The notes below the pieces were generated by a model that was given only the letters and a program-made list of their open reading frames with translations, did no database searches and had not been told where the DNA came from. A program made the translations under genes and the position numbers. This document shows, piece by piece, positions 1 to 9,061 of a DNA stretch of 64,000 bases. Positions within the stretch are counted from its first letter, which is position 1. Each line of letters begins with the position of its first letter. Source of the DNA: a virus (lineage: Duplodnaviria > Heunggongvirae > Uroviricota > Caudoviricetes); the IMG/VR virus record IMGVR_UViG_3300035182_001709. One strand, given 5' to 3'.

Positions 1-227
1 GTCAAGAACGCGGTGCCGGTATCCCACAGAAGTTGACCACGAAAGTTGTCGGGAAAGGTGATGTAGGCAGCGTAAATCCCGGGCGCCGTCTGGTAGACGC
101 CTGTCGTTGTCCGTGGCATGACCGCAGAACCAGAGATGTCCAACAGGGTGTAACCCACGCCCGAAGAACCCGTGGCGTCGGCCTTCAATCGTCCGAAGTT
201 AGCATTTCGTAGCTGCTGCAGCGGCAT
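1..227 (-). CDS. Hypothetical protein, likely virion-associated; runs off the window edge
   Basis: Manual translation MPLQQLRNANFGRLKADATGSSGVGYTLLDISGS...; GAGGTG SD just upstream of ATG at 227; no stop before position 1. Confidence 0.7.
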   Translation of the reverse strand, partial: MPLQQLRNANFGRLKADATGSSGVGYTLLDISGSAVMPRTTTGVYQTAPGIYAAYITFPDNFRGQLLWDTGTAFL

Positions 228-233
228 GTCACC

Positions 234-1103
234 TCAATGGTACATCACCGCTCGATCAGCAAAGGCATAGCCCTTGTCGATCAAGCCTGACACAATTTCG
301 GGTGAAAACGTCAGTGAATCTTGGACCAACGGCGCGTCAGGCATCACGACCCTCACCGTCACCTTGCGGTACTGTGGATCGATGACCGAGAGATCGTTCT
401 TTAGGCCACACATCTCAATGTCATTCTTAATGATCTGGTCAGACATGAGGTCGACGGCGCGAGTCACTGCGTCAGGAACCGCGCGCTTCGATGTTGAATC
501 CCATCGAGTCATCTCCTCGATGTTGGTACACATGATGACGTCAATCTCAGTTGCTCCGAGCCTAATTGCCTCGCCCAAAGGAGTCACGTTCTTGATGCCG
601 CCGTCTGACCACAACTGGCCTTCGATCTCAATGGGCTGCAAGAAAACTGGAAAAGATGCCGAGGCTAGAACCCACTTCGTAAAATTGGGATCACTCTCGC
701 GGGTAAACCTGTGTTCTCCAGTGTCCAACGAGACAGCTCCGACCGCCAGCATGCGACCGTTGGAGGCAACCTTCTCGAGATGTAGATTATCGCTGACAAG
801 CTTGATCAGAGGAGACGAATCATAAACTGACTTCTCCCACAGTGAGTGCAAGCGTCCAAACGGGAACCAGCGCTTGTAGATGTTCTTCTGATTGACCTGC
901 GTCCGCCAGAAGTTTTCCAACCAGGCAACCGCCTCCTTCGGCGAACCCTTGGGCGTCATGCCGATGCCAGCAGTGTTCAAGGCGCCGACTGAAACACCAC
1001 AGATGATGTCATAATCGATGCCTTGTTCGCCCATCCACTTCTTCAGGACGCCCACCTGAAAGGCACCCTTGACGCCTCCACCACTCAGAACAAGTGCTCG
1101 CAT
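234..1103 (-). CDS. Patatin-like phospholipase
   Basis: GGGVKG oxyanion loop, GVSVG nucleophile elbow (GxSxG) and DGG catalytic Asp. Start placed at 1103 (MRALVLSGGG) because GAAGGAG SD precedes it; the ORF track starts at 1121. Confidence 0.92.
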   Translation of the reverse strand: MRALVLSGGGVKGAFQVGVLKKWMGEQGIDYDIICGVSVGALNTAGIGMTPKGSPKEAVAWLENFWRTQVNQKNIYKRWFPFGRLHSLWEKSVYDSSPLIKLVSDNLHLEKVASNGRMLAVGAVSLDTGEHRFTRESDPNFTKWVLASASFPVFLQPIEIEGQLWSDGGIKNVTPLGEAIRLGATEIDVIMCTNIEEMTRWDSTSKRAVPDAVTRAVDLMSDQIIKNDIEMCGLKNDLSVIDPQYRKVTVRVVMPDAPLVQDSLTFSPEIVSGLIDKGYAFADRAVMYH

Positions 1104-1133
1104 GGTGCCCAACTCCTTCATGGCTAAGTATCT

Positions 1134-2453
1134 TCAGGCATCAGACTTAGTGACGCTGTAAAGGGCAATGGTGACCGTGCTACCAACGAATGGTCGATCA
1201 TGACGTAGTTTGATCCTGATCTCGGCGCCGGCTGACGAGAGCAAATCGCGAGTCGTCTCATAATTGAATGGAAGTCCTTGAACTGGCGCCTGAGTGCCCC
1301 TCGACTTCTGGCGAAATTCCTCAAGAGACAACGTGAGGTCTGCGGAATTGGCGCCCAAAGCAGTGACCGGTGGATAAGCGCCTTGGGCTTCAGCAACGAT
1401 CTGACCCATGCGCTTGTAGACTATCTGATCAATCATGATCTTCGTGCCAGAAGGAACGAATCCACCAGCGACCAACTGAGGCGCCACCACATCAACCAAT
1501 GCATAGATGTTGTACTCGACGGTGTCAGTCATGACGCTGTCGGTAGACACGTCGACCTCGGCCTTGATGATTCGCAGCAAATTGCCAGGATCTGGTTGAA
1601 CGTAGAACGTTGATCCATTCTGATAGGAGTAACTGACGACTGGTGGGCTTACGGGAGGCGAAAAGAACCTGACGCTGCCCGAGGCATACAACACCTCGTA
1701 ATCTCCTCCTGACGTCTCGAGAGGTTCACGCATTGTCTTGAGCGAACCACTGACCTTAACGACCACACCGTAGCCGTGTGGATCGCCAGGATTTGCAGCC
1801 TGTTGCTTAGCAATCCACTTGTCCTCGTTGTGCATCCGCCCGGATGTCATGTCAATCCAGAACGGGTGAGCCGAATTGAACGTCAATCCATCGCCGGAAT
1901 CGACCAACGTCTCGTCATTGACTCGAACGGAATCGCCGAACCAGGTGCAGGGGTCGCACAGATTGTGTGACACAACGACAAGTTCAGATCCGACGGTCGG
2001 CGCCAAGGCGACCATGGGAGTGCCGTCGGTCTGCATCTGCGCAATGGTCATCAAAGGTGATCCAGAGGCAGTCTTGGGAGGCACCTGGGCAGCGATCCAC
2101 GCGGGACTGACAGAAGACGTGATCCAACTCGACCCGTCGTACTGCATGCCGACGAATGGAGACGTAGGTACAGCTTCGACCTCGAGCTGTGCTTCGGAAA
2201 ACATCGATTGGAGCGTGCTTTGGACGTCCTCCGTCGAGGTTCCGGCCGGGAACAGACCTGAGGTGAAAGGCTTCTCGATGACGAGCCCGCGGCGCAGAAG
2301 CAGATCCTCATCGCCCGTGATCCCGTGGACTGCGCTCTCAAACTTGGGCAGCGGGACGATGTTGCTCGTGGGCGCTGTCAACCAAAAGACGCCGGCGACA
2401 GAGAATGAACCATCGTTCTGACTGTTGACGTTGAGGACTGTGATCTGTGCCAT
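1134..2453 (-). CDS. Hypothetical virion-associated protein
   Basis: 439-aa ORF, beta-rich and Ser/Thr/Gly-rich, inside the structural cluster; no family recognised. Confidence 0.6.
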   Translation of the reverse strand: MAQITVLNVNSQNDGSFSVAGVFWLTAPTSNIVPLPKFESAVHGITGDEDLLLRRGLVIEKPFTSGLFPAGTSTEDVQSTLQSMFSEAQLEVEAVPTSPFVGMQYDGSSWITSSVSPAWIAAQVPPKTASGSPLMTIAQMQTDGTPMVALAPTVGSELVVVSHNLCDPCTWFGDSVRVNDETLVDSGDGLTFNSAHPFWIDMTSGRMHNEDKWIAKQQAANPGDPHGYGVVVKVSGSLKTMREPLETSGGDYEVLYASGSVRFFSPPVSPPVVSYSYQNGSTFYVQPDPGNLLRIIKAEVDVSTDSVMTDTVEYNIYALVDVVAPQLVAGGFVPSGTKIMIDQIVYKRMGQIVAEAQGAYPPVTALGANSADLTLSLEEFRQKSRGTQAPVQGLPFNYETTRDLLSSAGAEIRIKLRHDRPFVGSTVTIALYSVTKSDA

Positions 2454-2464
2454 GGTGATCTTAC

Positions 2465-3127
2465 CTATTTGTTGAACATCGGCAATCGACGAGCTACGTA
2501 AGCCGGGCGCGCCACTATGCTGCCAAATTGCAGGACCGGTGATCCAGTTGGCGTCCAGACGCGACCATTGCCTGATCGATCAGTGTAAATGTCGTCATCA
2601 AACGGCGACCACACGATCAATCCTTCGGTGTTGACTGGGGCCGGTGACAAGTATTCCGCCTGGACGTTGAGGGCATTCAGTTCACGAGTCCAGATCCTCA
2701 GATCTCTGATGTTTCCATTGAAGTAATGTGTCGTGGGAAGAGACTGCAGGTTGCCGACGACGAGGCCTGTGTATGCTACGAACGTTGTCGTGTCTGCCAC
2801 ATCAACGACCTGCTTGCCGTTGACGTATCCTTTGATCTGTCGGCTAGTCGTCGACGCATTTCTGATCGTCATGACGATGTGATACCACGTTGACACTGCC
2901 AGCAGCGGACCGTTGTGGTCCGCAGACGTGGTACCGAAGTCAATCGTCAGACCGTCAGTCGCCGTCTCGAGTTCAATATTGGGAGAAATGCCAACGATGA
3001 CTCGATAGTTGGCCGTCACCACAGGCGGAATCCAGATCCAACAAGCAATCGTCAAATCCTGTGTTGCAGCGCCAGTCCACGCCGCGTTGAGCCGTGACGA
3101 AGCTGTGTTCGGAATGAATACAGACAT
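2465..3127 (-). CDS. LamG/concanavalin A-like lectin domain protein (tail or receptor-binding type)
   Basis: LTIACWI...TWYHIVMT...YVNGKQ...FNGNIRDLRIWTRELN pattern typical of the Laminin_G_3 fold. Confidence 0.8.
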   Translation of the reverse strand: MSVFIPNTASSRLNAAWTGAATQDLTIACWIWIPPVVTANYRVIVGISPNIELETATDGLTIDFGTTSADHNGPLLAVSTWYHIVMTIRNASTTSRQIKGYVNGKQVVDVADTTTFVAYTGLVVGNLQSLPTTHYFNGNIRDLRIWTRELNALNVQAEYLSPAPVNTEGLIVWSPFDDDIYTDRSGNGRVWTPTGSPVLQFGSIVARPAYVARRLPMFNK

Positions 3128-4977
3128 CAGGTCAGCTGGCCGTTCACGCCCTGGTAGGTGACGCCGTAGCTACCCGTGGCGTTCAAGGCAGCGCCAGACT
3201 GATTGACGATGACAATGCCCCACTTAGCAGGCAAGCGATCGACGCCGTAGTTGCGACAGAATGAAATGGGTCCCGCAGTGTAGGTCTTCAGGTTAGCGTT
3301 AGCAGTGAGCTGCGCCAACAAGACTAGATTAGGAGGTGTTGACAAGGTCGCCGCGCCGTCGACACCAGACAGGCCTTCAGGATAAGTGACACCATCGACA
3401 GTGCCATAGCCGTAGACGTTGACGTATCCTGTGGTAGAAACTGCTGTCGTCGCGGTGGTGAACTTGATGAATAGCAGCACGTCCTCATAGAGGCTGACAG
3501 TGTTATCGACTGCAGCGCTCTGGCGGGCTGCTGACGAGCCCAAGCTCGACAGAGTGATGGGCAGCACTACACCAGATGGGCCATACTGCGGCACATATCT
3601 GCCCGCAATGGGCTGAGGGACCATGCTGCCAGATGCAACGCCTGTCAACCTAACGAATAGAGGTTCGCCTGGAAAACTATTGGCGACCTCGATTCGATTG
3701 AGGTCATTCACCCACATCGCATTAGACGTCAAGACCGCTGAGGCACCCACAACCGCGGCGTTCTCAACCTGAAATGAGACATTCAACGGAACGTAGTTAT
3801 CCGGGATCGCATTGGTGTGCTGTGCAACCGTGACACCGTTGATCGACAACGTGACTGTAGCGCCTGTCGTGGTGATCAGGTACTGGTTTATTGCTGTTGT
3901 CAACGCAGAACCAGGTAGGGTGACCGTGGTGCTCTGCGTAACGTTGTTACCGGCAGCGGTGCGAAAGACAACCTGCGTGTTTCCCAACGTCGGATCAAAA
4001 ATAACGACCGCGCGTTGACCGGATGCCGACAAAGGCACGTCAACGATCTCAACAAGACCAAACCACGGTGTCTGGTTCGGCACACGAGAAGTACATGCTA
4101 CACGAGTATTGATGACCAGCGGCCCGTAGTCGACGAATCGATTAGCTGCGACAATGGCGCCATTGCCCAAACTGTTGGACAATGTCATGTTTGAGTTGAC
4201 ATTGGCAATGCTACCGCCCGAAGACGACATCAACATCCATTGTGAGTAAATGCCACCATTGCCAGTGGTGCCCGGATACGGCGAGACCAGTTCTAGTTGA
4301 GTATCGTTGCTGATTGATCTGACCAATGTCCAAGCAGAATCAGGATCAACAGTCCTCTTAATGTACTGCTGCGTGTCAAGTTGACGCGCGAACAGTGATC
4401 CGATGCCATTGACGTAAGTTGAACCCGACGTGAACGTGACAGTGCCACTAAGTGGCAACGTCAACGAGCTGATGAAGTTGTCGCGGAAGGATCCTTCATC
4501 CGTTAGTATCGGACCACGTGTCCGAAGTGATCCACCCGAGTCAACCAGAAGAGGTGCTGGAACTCTTATGTCAAGATTCTTTGGGTCTGGATAGCTACCG
4601 CCTTCAGCATCGGCCTGAGAGACGCCGGCGTCCTTTGAGAACACAACCAGGTTAACGCCACCGAACGAAGGCGAAGATCCCGCGACTGTCCAGCTGACGA
4701 GCACCGTCGGAGTGATCGACAACAACAGTGTCACAGCCCCCGACGTGCCCGTCGCGGTGATCTCGGCAGACGCGACCACTTTATCAATGACGGTTGTCTC
4801 ATTTGACGGATCGATTTCAGACAACGTGAATTGAAGGATGGGCGCAGTACCAGTCACAGCACCGGTGATGTTGTAGACAAGGACGACCTCACCCGCCGGT
4901 CCGGCGCGGAAGACGTACGATCCATTGGAGGTGATCGTACTGTTAAGCAGTACCTGTTCAACCTTCACGGTGCTCAT
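3127..4977 (-). CDS. Modular tail fibre/spike-like virion protein
   Basis: 616 aa, Ser/Thr/Val/Gly-rich beta modules; GTVTFTSGSTYVNGIGSLF fibre-like segment; overlaps both neighbours. Confidence 0.55.
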   Translation of the reverse strand: MSTVKVEQVLLNSTITSNGSYVFRAGPAGEVVLVYNITGAVTGTAPILQFTLSEIDPSNETTVIDKVVASAEITATGTSGAVTLLLSITPTVLVSWTVAGSSPSFGGVNLVVFSKDAGVSQADAEGGSYPDPKNLDIRVPAPLLVDSGGSLRTRGPILTDEGSFRDNFISSLTLPLSGTVTFTSGSTYVNGIGSLFARQLDTQQYIKRTVDPDSAWTLVRSISNDTQLELVSPYPGTTGNGGIYSQWMLMSSSGGSIANVNSNMTLSNSLGNGAIVAANRFVDYGPLVINTRVACTSRVPNQTPWFGLVEIVDVPLSASGQRAVVIFDPTLGNTQVVFRTAAGNNVTQSTTVTLPGSALTTAINQYLITTTGATVTLSINGVTVAQHTNAIPDNYVPLNVSFQVENAAVVGASAVLTSNAMWVNDLNRIEVANSFPGEPLFVRLTGVASGSMVPQPIAGRYVPQYGPSGVVLPITLSSLGSSAARQSAAVDNTVSLYEDVLLFIKFTTATTAVSTTGYVNVYGYGTVDGVTYPEGLSGVDGAATLSTPPNLVLLAQLTANANLKTYTAGPISFCRNYGVDRLPAKWGIVIVNQSGAALNATGSYGVTYQGVNGQLT

Positions 4978-6284
4978 CTGATCTCCAACCAGGTCATGTC
5001 AGCCTTGACCTGCGTCTTGCCCGCGCCCAAGTTCGAGGCCACAACTGTCAAGATGTCGTTGGCGTTTACTCCTATGCCCAAGAAACCTGCGTTGCGCATG
5101 ATTCGACCGTACACTTGGAAGAACTTCTGCATGTCAATTGTCACCACGCCAAGGTCAGAATTGACGACGCCGCGGTACAAGACCTCGCCACCGGTGAATC
5201 CAGTGGCAGCAACATCGTAATCCACCAAACTGGTATTGCCCGAAGAGTTGAATGAAGCGCCCGTCAACACGGGATTAGCGATGATGCGGAAGGCAATCGG
5301 ATAACCTTGTGTGCTGATTGACAACGACTTGGGTTGAATGATGCTGCGATTGGTGATGCCGTTGTACGTTGACTTGGGCCTGATCGAGAGGACAGGGGCT
5401 TCAACCTGAGTGATCAACACCGAATTTGTGTTGCCCACGCCATAGACCCAGTGTGCAGGTTCAACAGTCTGAGCCTGTGCCGCCACACGAGCGCAGATCA
5501 GATCGAGATAACCAGCAGACGACGACACAAGATTCGTCACCTTGGCCTGCACTGGCAACTTAGCCGTACGCATGTATGGCAGCGTCAGGGTGTTGGCGTG
5601 CTTCGACTCGTGGACCAAGATGTCATCAATGAAATAACGTGTGGTGCCGACGCCGAACCACTGCACCTCGATCTCGTATAGGTTGCCCTTCGAGACATTG
5701 AGGTTAAGACCACTGGCGCCAAAGCCATTGACCGGGTCCTTGCTGAAGGCACTCTGCGAGATGACGGTCTCGACGACTACACCCGTCGCGTCAGACCTCT
5801 CGACGATGTTGAAGGACGTACCATTGAGACGAAAGAACAATCCGTTGTTGTCATCTACGTAGCCCCAGTCCCTGAGCTGGCCTGCCTGGCCGGTGTCAGA
5901 ATTGATAACTGACATTCCGATCAGCTGAGTGTAACCTGCCTGGTACTTGTAGTACGTGTTGGTCCTCAACGTTGCAGATGAACCAGAGGTGCCGACGACA
6001 GCTACACGAAGTGCTGACTCTGCGGGAACGTGAGTCACAGAACCCGCAGACGCCGTCAGCACGTCCCAGAGGCGAGTGTCGAGCTCATACTTGTTGGTGA
6101 GGTCCGCAAGCAGGTATAGGCCTGCAACGCGGAGCTCATCTGCAACAGTGGCGCGGATGTTGCTGCCGAATGAGTCGGCCAGCGTAGACTTGAACGAACC
6201 CGTGACCTGCGCCGAGACGGGGTTCGTCGAGGTGCCGATTGGGTTGCCGTTGATGTCTGTCTGTACCGGGCTCTGTAGCGGCAT
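4974..6284 (-). CDS. Putative virion beta-sandwich protein
   Basis: 436-aa ORF with lectin-like beta content; N-terminal DINGNPIGTSTNP motif shared with the 6316 gene. Confidence 0.55.
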   Translation of the reverse strand: MPLQSPVQTDINGNPIGTSTNPVSAQVTGSFKSTLADSFGSNIRATVADELRVAGLYLLADLTNKYELDTRLWDVLTASAGSVTHVPAESALRVAVVGTSGSSATLRTNTYYKYQAGYTQLIGMSVINSDTGQAGQLRDWGYVDDNNGLFFRLNGTSFNIVERSDATGVVVETVISQSAFSKDPVNGFGASGLNLNVSKGNLYEIEVQWFGVGTTRYFIDDILVHESKHANTLTLPYMRTAKLPVQAKVTNLVSSSAGYLDLICARVAAQAQTVEPAHWVYGVGNTNSVLITQVEAPVLSIRPKSTYNGITNRSIIQPKSLSISTQGYPIAFRIIANPVLTGASFNSSGNTSLVDYDVAATGFTGGEVLYRGVVNSDLGVVTIDMQKFFQVYGRIMRNAGFLGIGVNANDILTVVASNLGAGKTQVKADMTWLEIR

Positions 6285-6315
6285 CGTTCACTTTCTGAGC
6301 AATGTCAACTCATCA

Positions 6316-7293
6316 TCACGTCAATTCGGTGACTCGAGCAGCACCGTTGGTGCTGTTCCAAAGACCATCGATCTGGCCCACGTAGCCAAACGGAATCTCG
6401 TAGTAGCCTCGGGCCGTGAGCTGCACCGTGTAGCTGGTGTTCGAGGCAGTGGCTCCCAACTTGACGTACAACGTCTGGTTGCTGTCATTGAAAATCGTCG
6501 CACCGATGCGGTTGACGTTGGCAGCCAACAGCGTGACGTTGGTCGTGGAGGACGCAACGCTCAAAGTAGTTGATGTGTTTGCCACCGGATCAGATGCCAA
6601 GTAGCCAGCCGGCGTGGTGCGCAAGGTCCTGACGACACCGAGCGGGTCGACGCCGCCGATGATGACCGGCGCTGCGTTATTAGCAGTTGAACCCGACAGG
6701 ACGGGACCAACGACGACCTGGCGACCGGAAGCATCCGTCAATAGACCACGAACGATGCCGCCGGAGTCAGCACCCGCAATGAGGACCGGATTACCCGTAG
6801 CAGTCGAGCCTGACTGGTTCTGACCAACGACGGTGACAGTGCCGGAGACCTGCTGGGCACCCTGCGTGAAGACTGAAACTCCACCAGTGATGCTGACAGA
6901 GCCTGAGACCTGCTGAGCGCCTTGGGTATAGACAGCGACGGAGCCAGTGACCTGCTGAGCTCCCTGAGTGAAGACAGAGACGCCGCCAGAGACGCCGACA
7001 GTTCCTGAAACGCCCTGAATGCCTTGTGTGTAGACTGAAAGACCTTGGGCAGTGACGAACAACTTGCCTGAGGTGTCAGTCAAGAAACCGCGAAGGATGC
7101 CGCCGGAGTCAGCGCCACCGACCAACTGCGGGAATCCTGTAGTGGTTGAGCCAGACTGAACCGGACCGACAGCAGAAATGTTGCCAGAGATTGAAACAGA
7201 TCCCGAGGTCTGGACGGCCAATGGATTTGTTGGGACGCCGATCGGGTTGCCGTTGACATCGTACAGAATTGCTAGCGGATTGGTGACTCCCAT
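6316..7293 (-). CDS. Repeat-rich virion protein (fibre-like)
   Basis: Four V(F/Y)TQG.Q.V(S/T)G repeats and three G.x.xSGST...G(G/A)D..G..R modules. Confidence 0.6.
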   Translation of the reverse strand: MGVTNPLAILYDVNGNPIGVPTNPLAVQTSGSVSISGNISAVGPVQSGSTTTGFPQLVGGADSGGILRGFLTDTSGKLFVTAQGLSVYTQGIQGVSGTVGVSGGVSVFTQGAQQVTGSVAVYTQGAQQVSGSVSITGGVSVFTQGAQQVSGTVTVVGQNQSGSTATGNPVLIAGADSGGIVRGLLTDASGRQVVVGPVLSGSTANNAAPVIIGGVDPLGVVRTLRTTPAGYLASDPVANTSTTLSVASSTTNVTLLAANVNRIGATIFNDSNQTLYVKLGATASNTSYTVQLTARGYYEIPFGYVGQIDGLWNSTNGAARVTELT

Positions 7294-7305
7294 ATCGTTG
7301 GCCTC

Positions 7306-7992
7306 TTAGGTGATGACTCTTGTTCGAGAAGTCTCAAAGATCCCAGAGTAAGTAATCGTGTCAGTCGCTGTTGCCAACAGCGTGATGCCGTCAGGTGCAT
7401 AGACCTTCCACTGCACTGTTGAGAAGGTCTTGTTGGCGTTGTATGACACGATTTGTTCTGTGATCTTCTTCGTCCGGCCCACGTCAGCATACCAAATAGA
7501 TGACGTTGGGAATGGTTGTGGTCCGGTATCACAATAAGTAGTTCCGAACGTCTCATATGGGCCACCGCCTCCATCAGCGAGGTGAATCAGCTGCCTGATC
7601 GCCGCGTGTGAAGCAGAGTTATACGCAACGTTCTGACTGAAGATGTACTGCCCGCCAGGACCCGTATCAGTGACGTCGATGCCTGCAGAGCCCGTCAACT
7701 TACGAGCATTCGGCAAAGAACCCGTCAACGTGATCAGCGCGTAGGCAGCATTAGGATCGCCTCCTCCATGCATTGATGACGAGACAGGCGTCCAGTACGA
7801 ATTTGTGTCGTCTCGGCGATAGAGGATGTTGTTCGCGGTATTCCAGAAGATTTCTCCGGGCTGCGAGACAACCGGAAAAGATGATCCTGAAGGAATGATC
7901 AGCACGCCACCCAGGGTCCGATCGAACTCCCAGATCCCAGTGATCGTCTTATTCGACGAGTCGTCAATGACGACCTGGACTACATGCATCAT
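7306..7992 (-). CDS. Putative virion protein
   Basis: 228 aa; TAATG overlap with the upstream gene; C-terminal beta-hairpin repeats (Y.PDG...TY...RTRV). Confidence 0.55.
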   Translation of the reverse strand: MMHVVQVVIDDSSNKTITGIWEFDRTLGGVLIIPSGSSFPVVSQPGEIFWNTANNILYRRDDTNSYWTPVSSSMHGGGDPNAAYALITLTGSLPNARKLTGSAGIDVTDTGPGGQYIFSQNVAYNSASHAAIRQLIHLADGGGGPYETFGTTYCDTGPQPFPTSSIWYADVGRTKKITEQIVSYNANKTFSTVQWKVYAPDGITLLATATDTITYSGIFETSRTRVIT

Positions 7993-8480
7993 TAGAGCAC
8001 CCGCGTCCGCGTCACAGTGATAATGCGACGGCGGCTGTCGTAGGTAGGTACTTCAATGACCTGGGCCTTCAACGAACCGTCAGGATTGTAAGCGCTGCTG
8101 GTCATAGCATTGATAAACCTGTAGTTCGGGCCATAGACTACTGTGTAGTCCTGCAGCTTTTGGGTCTTAGCGATGTCCGTCCAAATGGTGAGGTTGGTCA
8201 GACCGATGGTGTTGTACTGCAGCTCCTCATAACCATTCGCTGCATTATCATGCGCCAGAGAATTCAACGCCTCGTGGGTCGGCTCATCGAGTCCCAACCT
8301 GCGAATGACGCCTTCCTCGTGAAAGAAGAAGCCGCTGCCAGAGACTGATCCGGAAACGTAATAGATCTCGCCGTCAGTCGACGGCAATGAGGCAGAAACG
8401 AGCAGCAGCTGGATCGATTCATCGATCCGCTCACCAGGAAAGTCGTCAGGTGTGCGACCGCCGCCGAAGATTCCGCCCAT
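7992..8480 (-). CDS. Putative virion protein with a C-terminus paralogous to the 7306 gene
   Basis: Ends YNPDGSLK...PTYDSRRRIITVTRTRVL, similar to YAPDGITL...ITYSGIFETSRTRVIT. Confidence 0.55.
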   Translation of the reverse strand: MGGIFGGGRTPDDFPGERIDESIQLLLVSASLPSTDGEIYYVSGSVSGSGFFFHEEGVIRRLGLDEPTHEALNSLAHDNAANGYEELQYNTIGLTNLTIWTDIAKTQKLQDYTVVYGPNYRFINAMTSSAYNPDGSLKAQVIEVPTYDSRRRIITVTRTRVL

Positions 8481-8495
8481 TCCGCAGCATAACTA

Positions 8496-9014
8496 TCACT
8501 TCTGGGGTCTGGTCTTCCGTTGCTTCTTGCTGGGGGCCGCTTGTTCTTCTTCGACACGTTCAGCTTCAAGCGGATGATCTTCAGGCAGGTAACCCACGGG
8601 TCGCTCTTTCAGGTTCTGCGGCACCTGCGATTCATACTGGGCGACTTCCGCGAGCTTAGCTCGTTCAGAGTCCCAAACCGCCTTCGCATCAGCAACAGCT
8701 TTCTTCATTGCCTCTGCCGCTCCATGAGACGCCAGCCTACGGGCCTCAGTGTCGGTGAACAACTGCTTCACCAGTTCAATGCACGCAGAGACGTACGACA
8801 AGGCGTGTTCGCCTTCCTTGAGGGGCAGCTTGCCCGTGGTGACGTCTTCCTTGATCTTGCCTCTGTACTCCTCGAGACGGGCCCCCGCCATCCCGAAGGC
8901 TGTCTTCATGGCGTTGAACTGCTTGACTTCTTCTTCGTAGACTTCCTTGGCATTTTCCAGCCGGCTGCCCATCGAAAACGTCGCAGCGACCCTACCCTCG
9001 TGAAAATCACTCAT
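8496..9014 (-). CDS. Hypothetical alpha-helical protein with basic C-terminus
   Basis: 172-aa helical ORF; ATG lies inside a 13-bp hairpin and 6 nt below a TACAAT box. Confidence 0.65.
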   Translation of the reverse strand: MSDFHEGRVAATFSMGSRLENAKEVYEEEVKQFNAMKTAFGMAGARLEEYRGKIKEDVTTGKLPLKEGEHALSYVSACIELVKQLFTDTEARRLASHGAAEAMKKAVADAKAVWDSERAKLAEVAQYESQVPQNLKERPVGYLPEDHPLEAERVEEEQAAPSKKQRKTRPQK

Positions 9015-9039
9015 GCCCGGATTGTACCGAGCATGAGTG
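9008..9039 (-). promoter_or_regulatory. Hairpin with -10 box in the loop, sequestering the start codon of the 8496-9014 gene
   Basis: Minus strand CACTCATGCTCGG-TACAAT-CCGGGCATGAGTG: 13-bp stem with one G-U pair; ATG in the 3' arm. Confidence 0.6.
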
Positions 9040-9061
9040 TCACGTTAACTGTGAGAGATCA

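Noticed and set aside
234-1103. CBASS-type defence system based on patatin
   Set aside because: No CD-NTase cyclase or accessory genes nearby in the window
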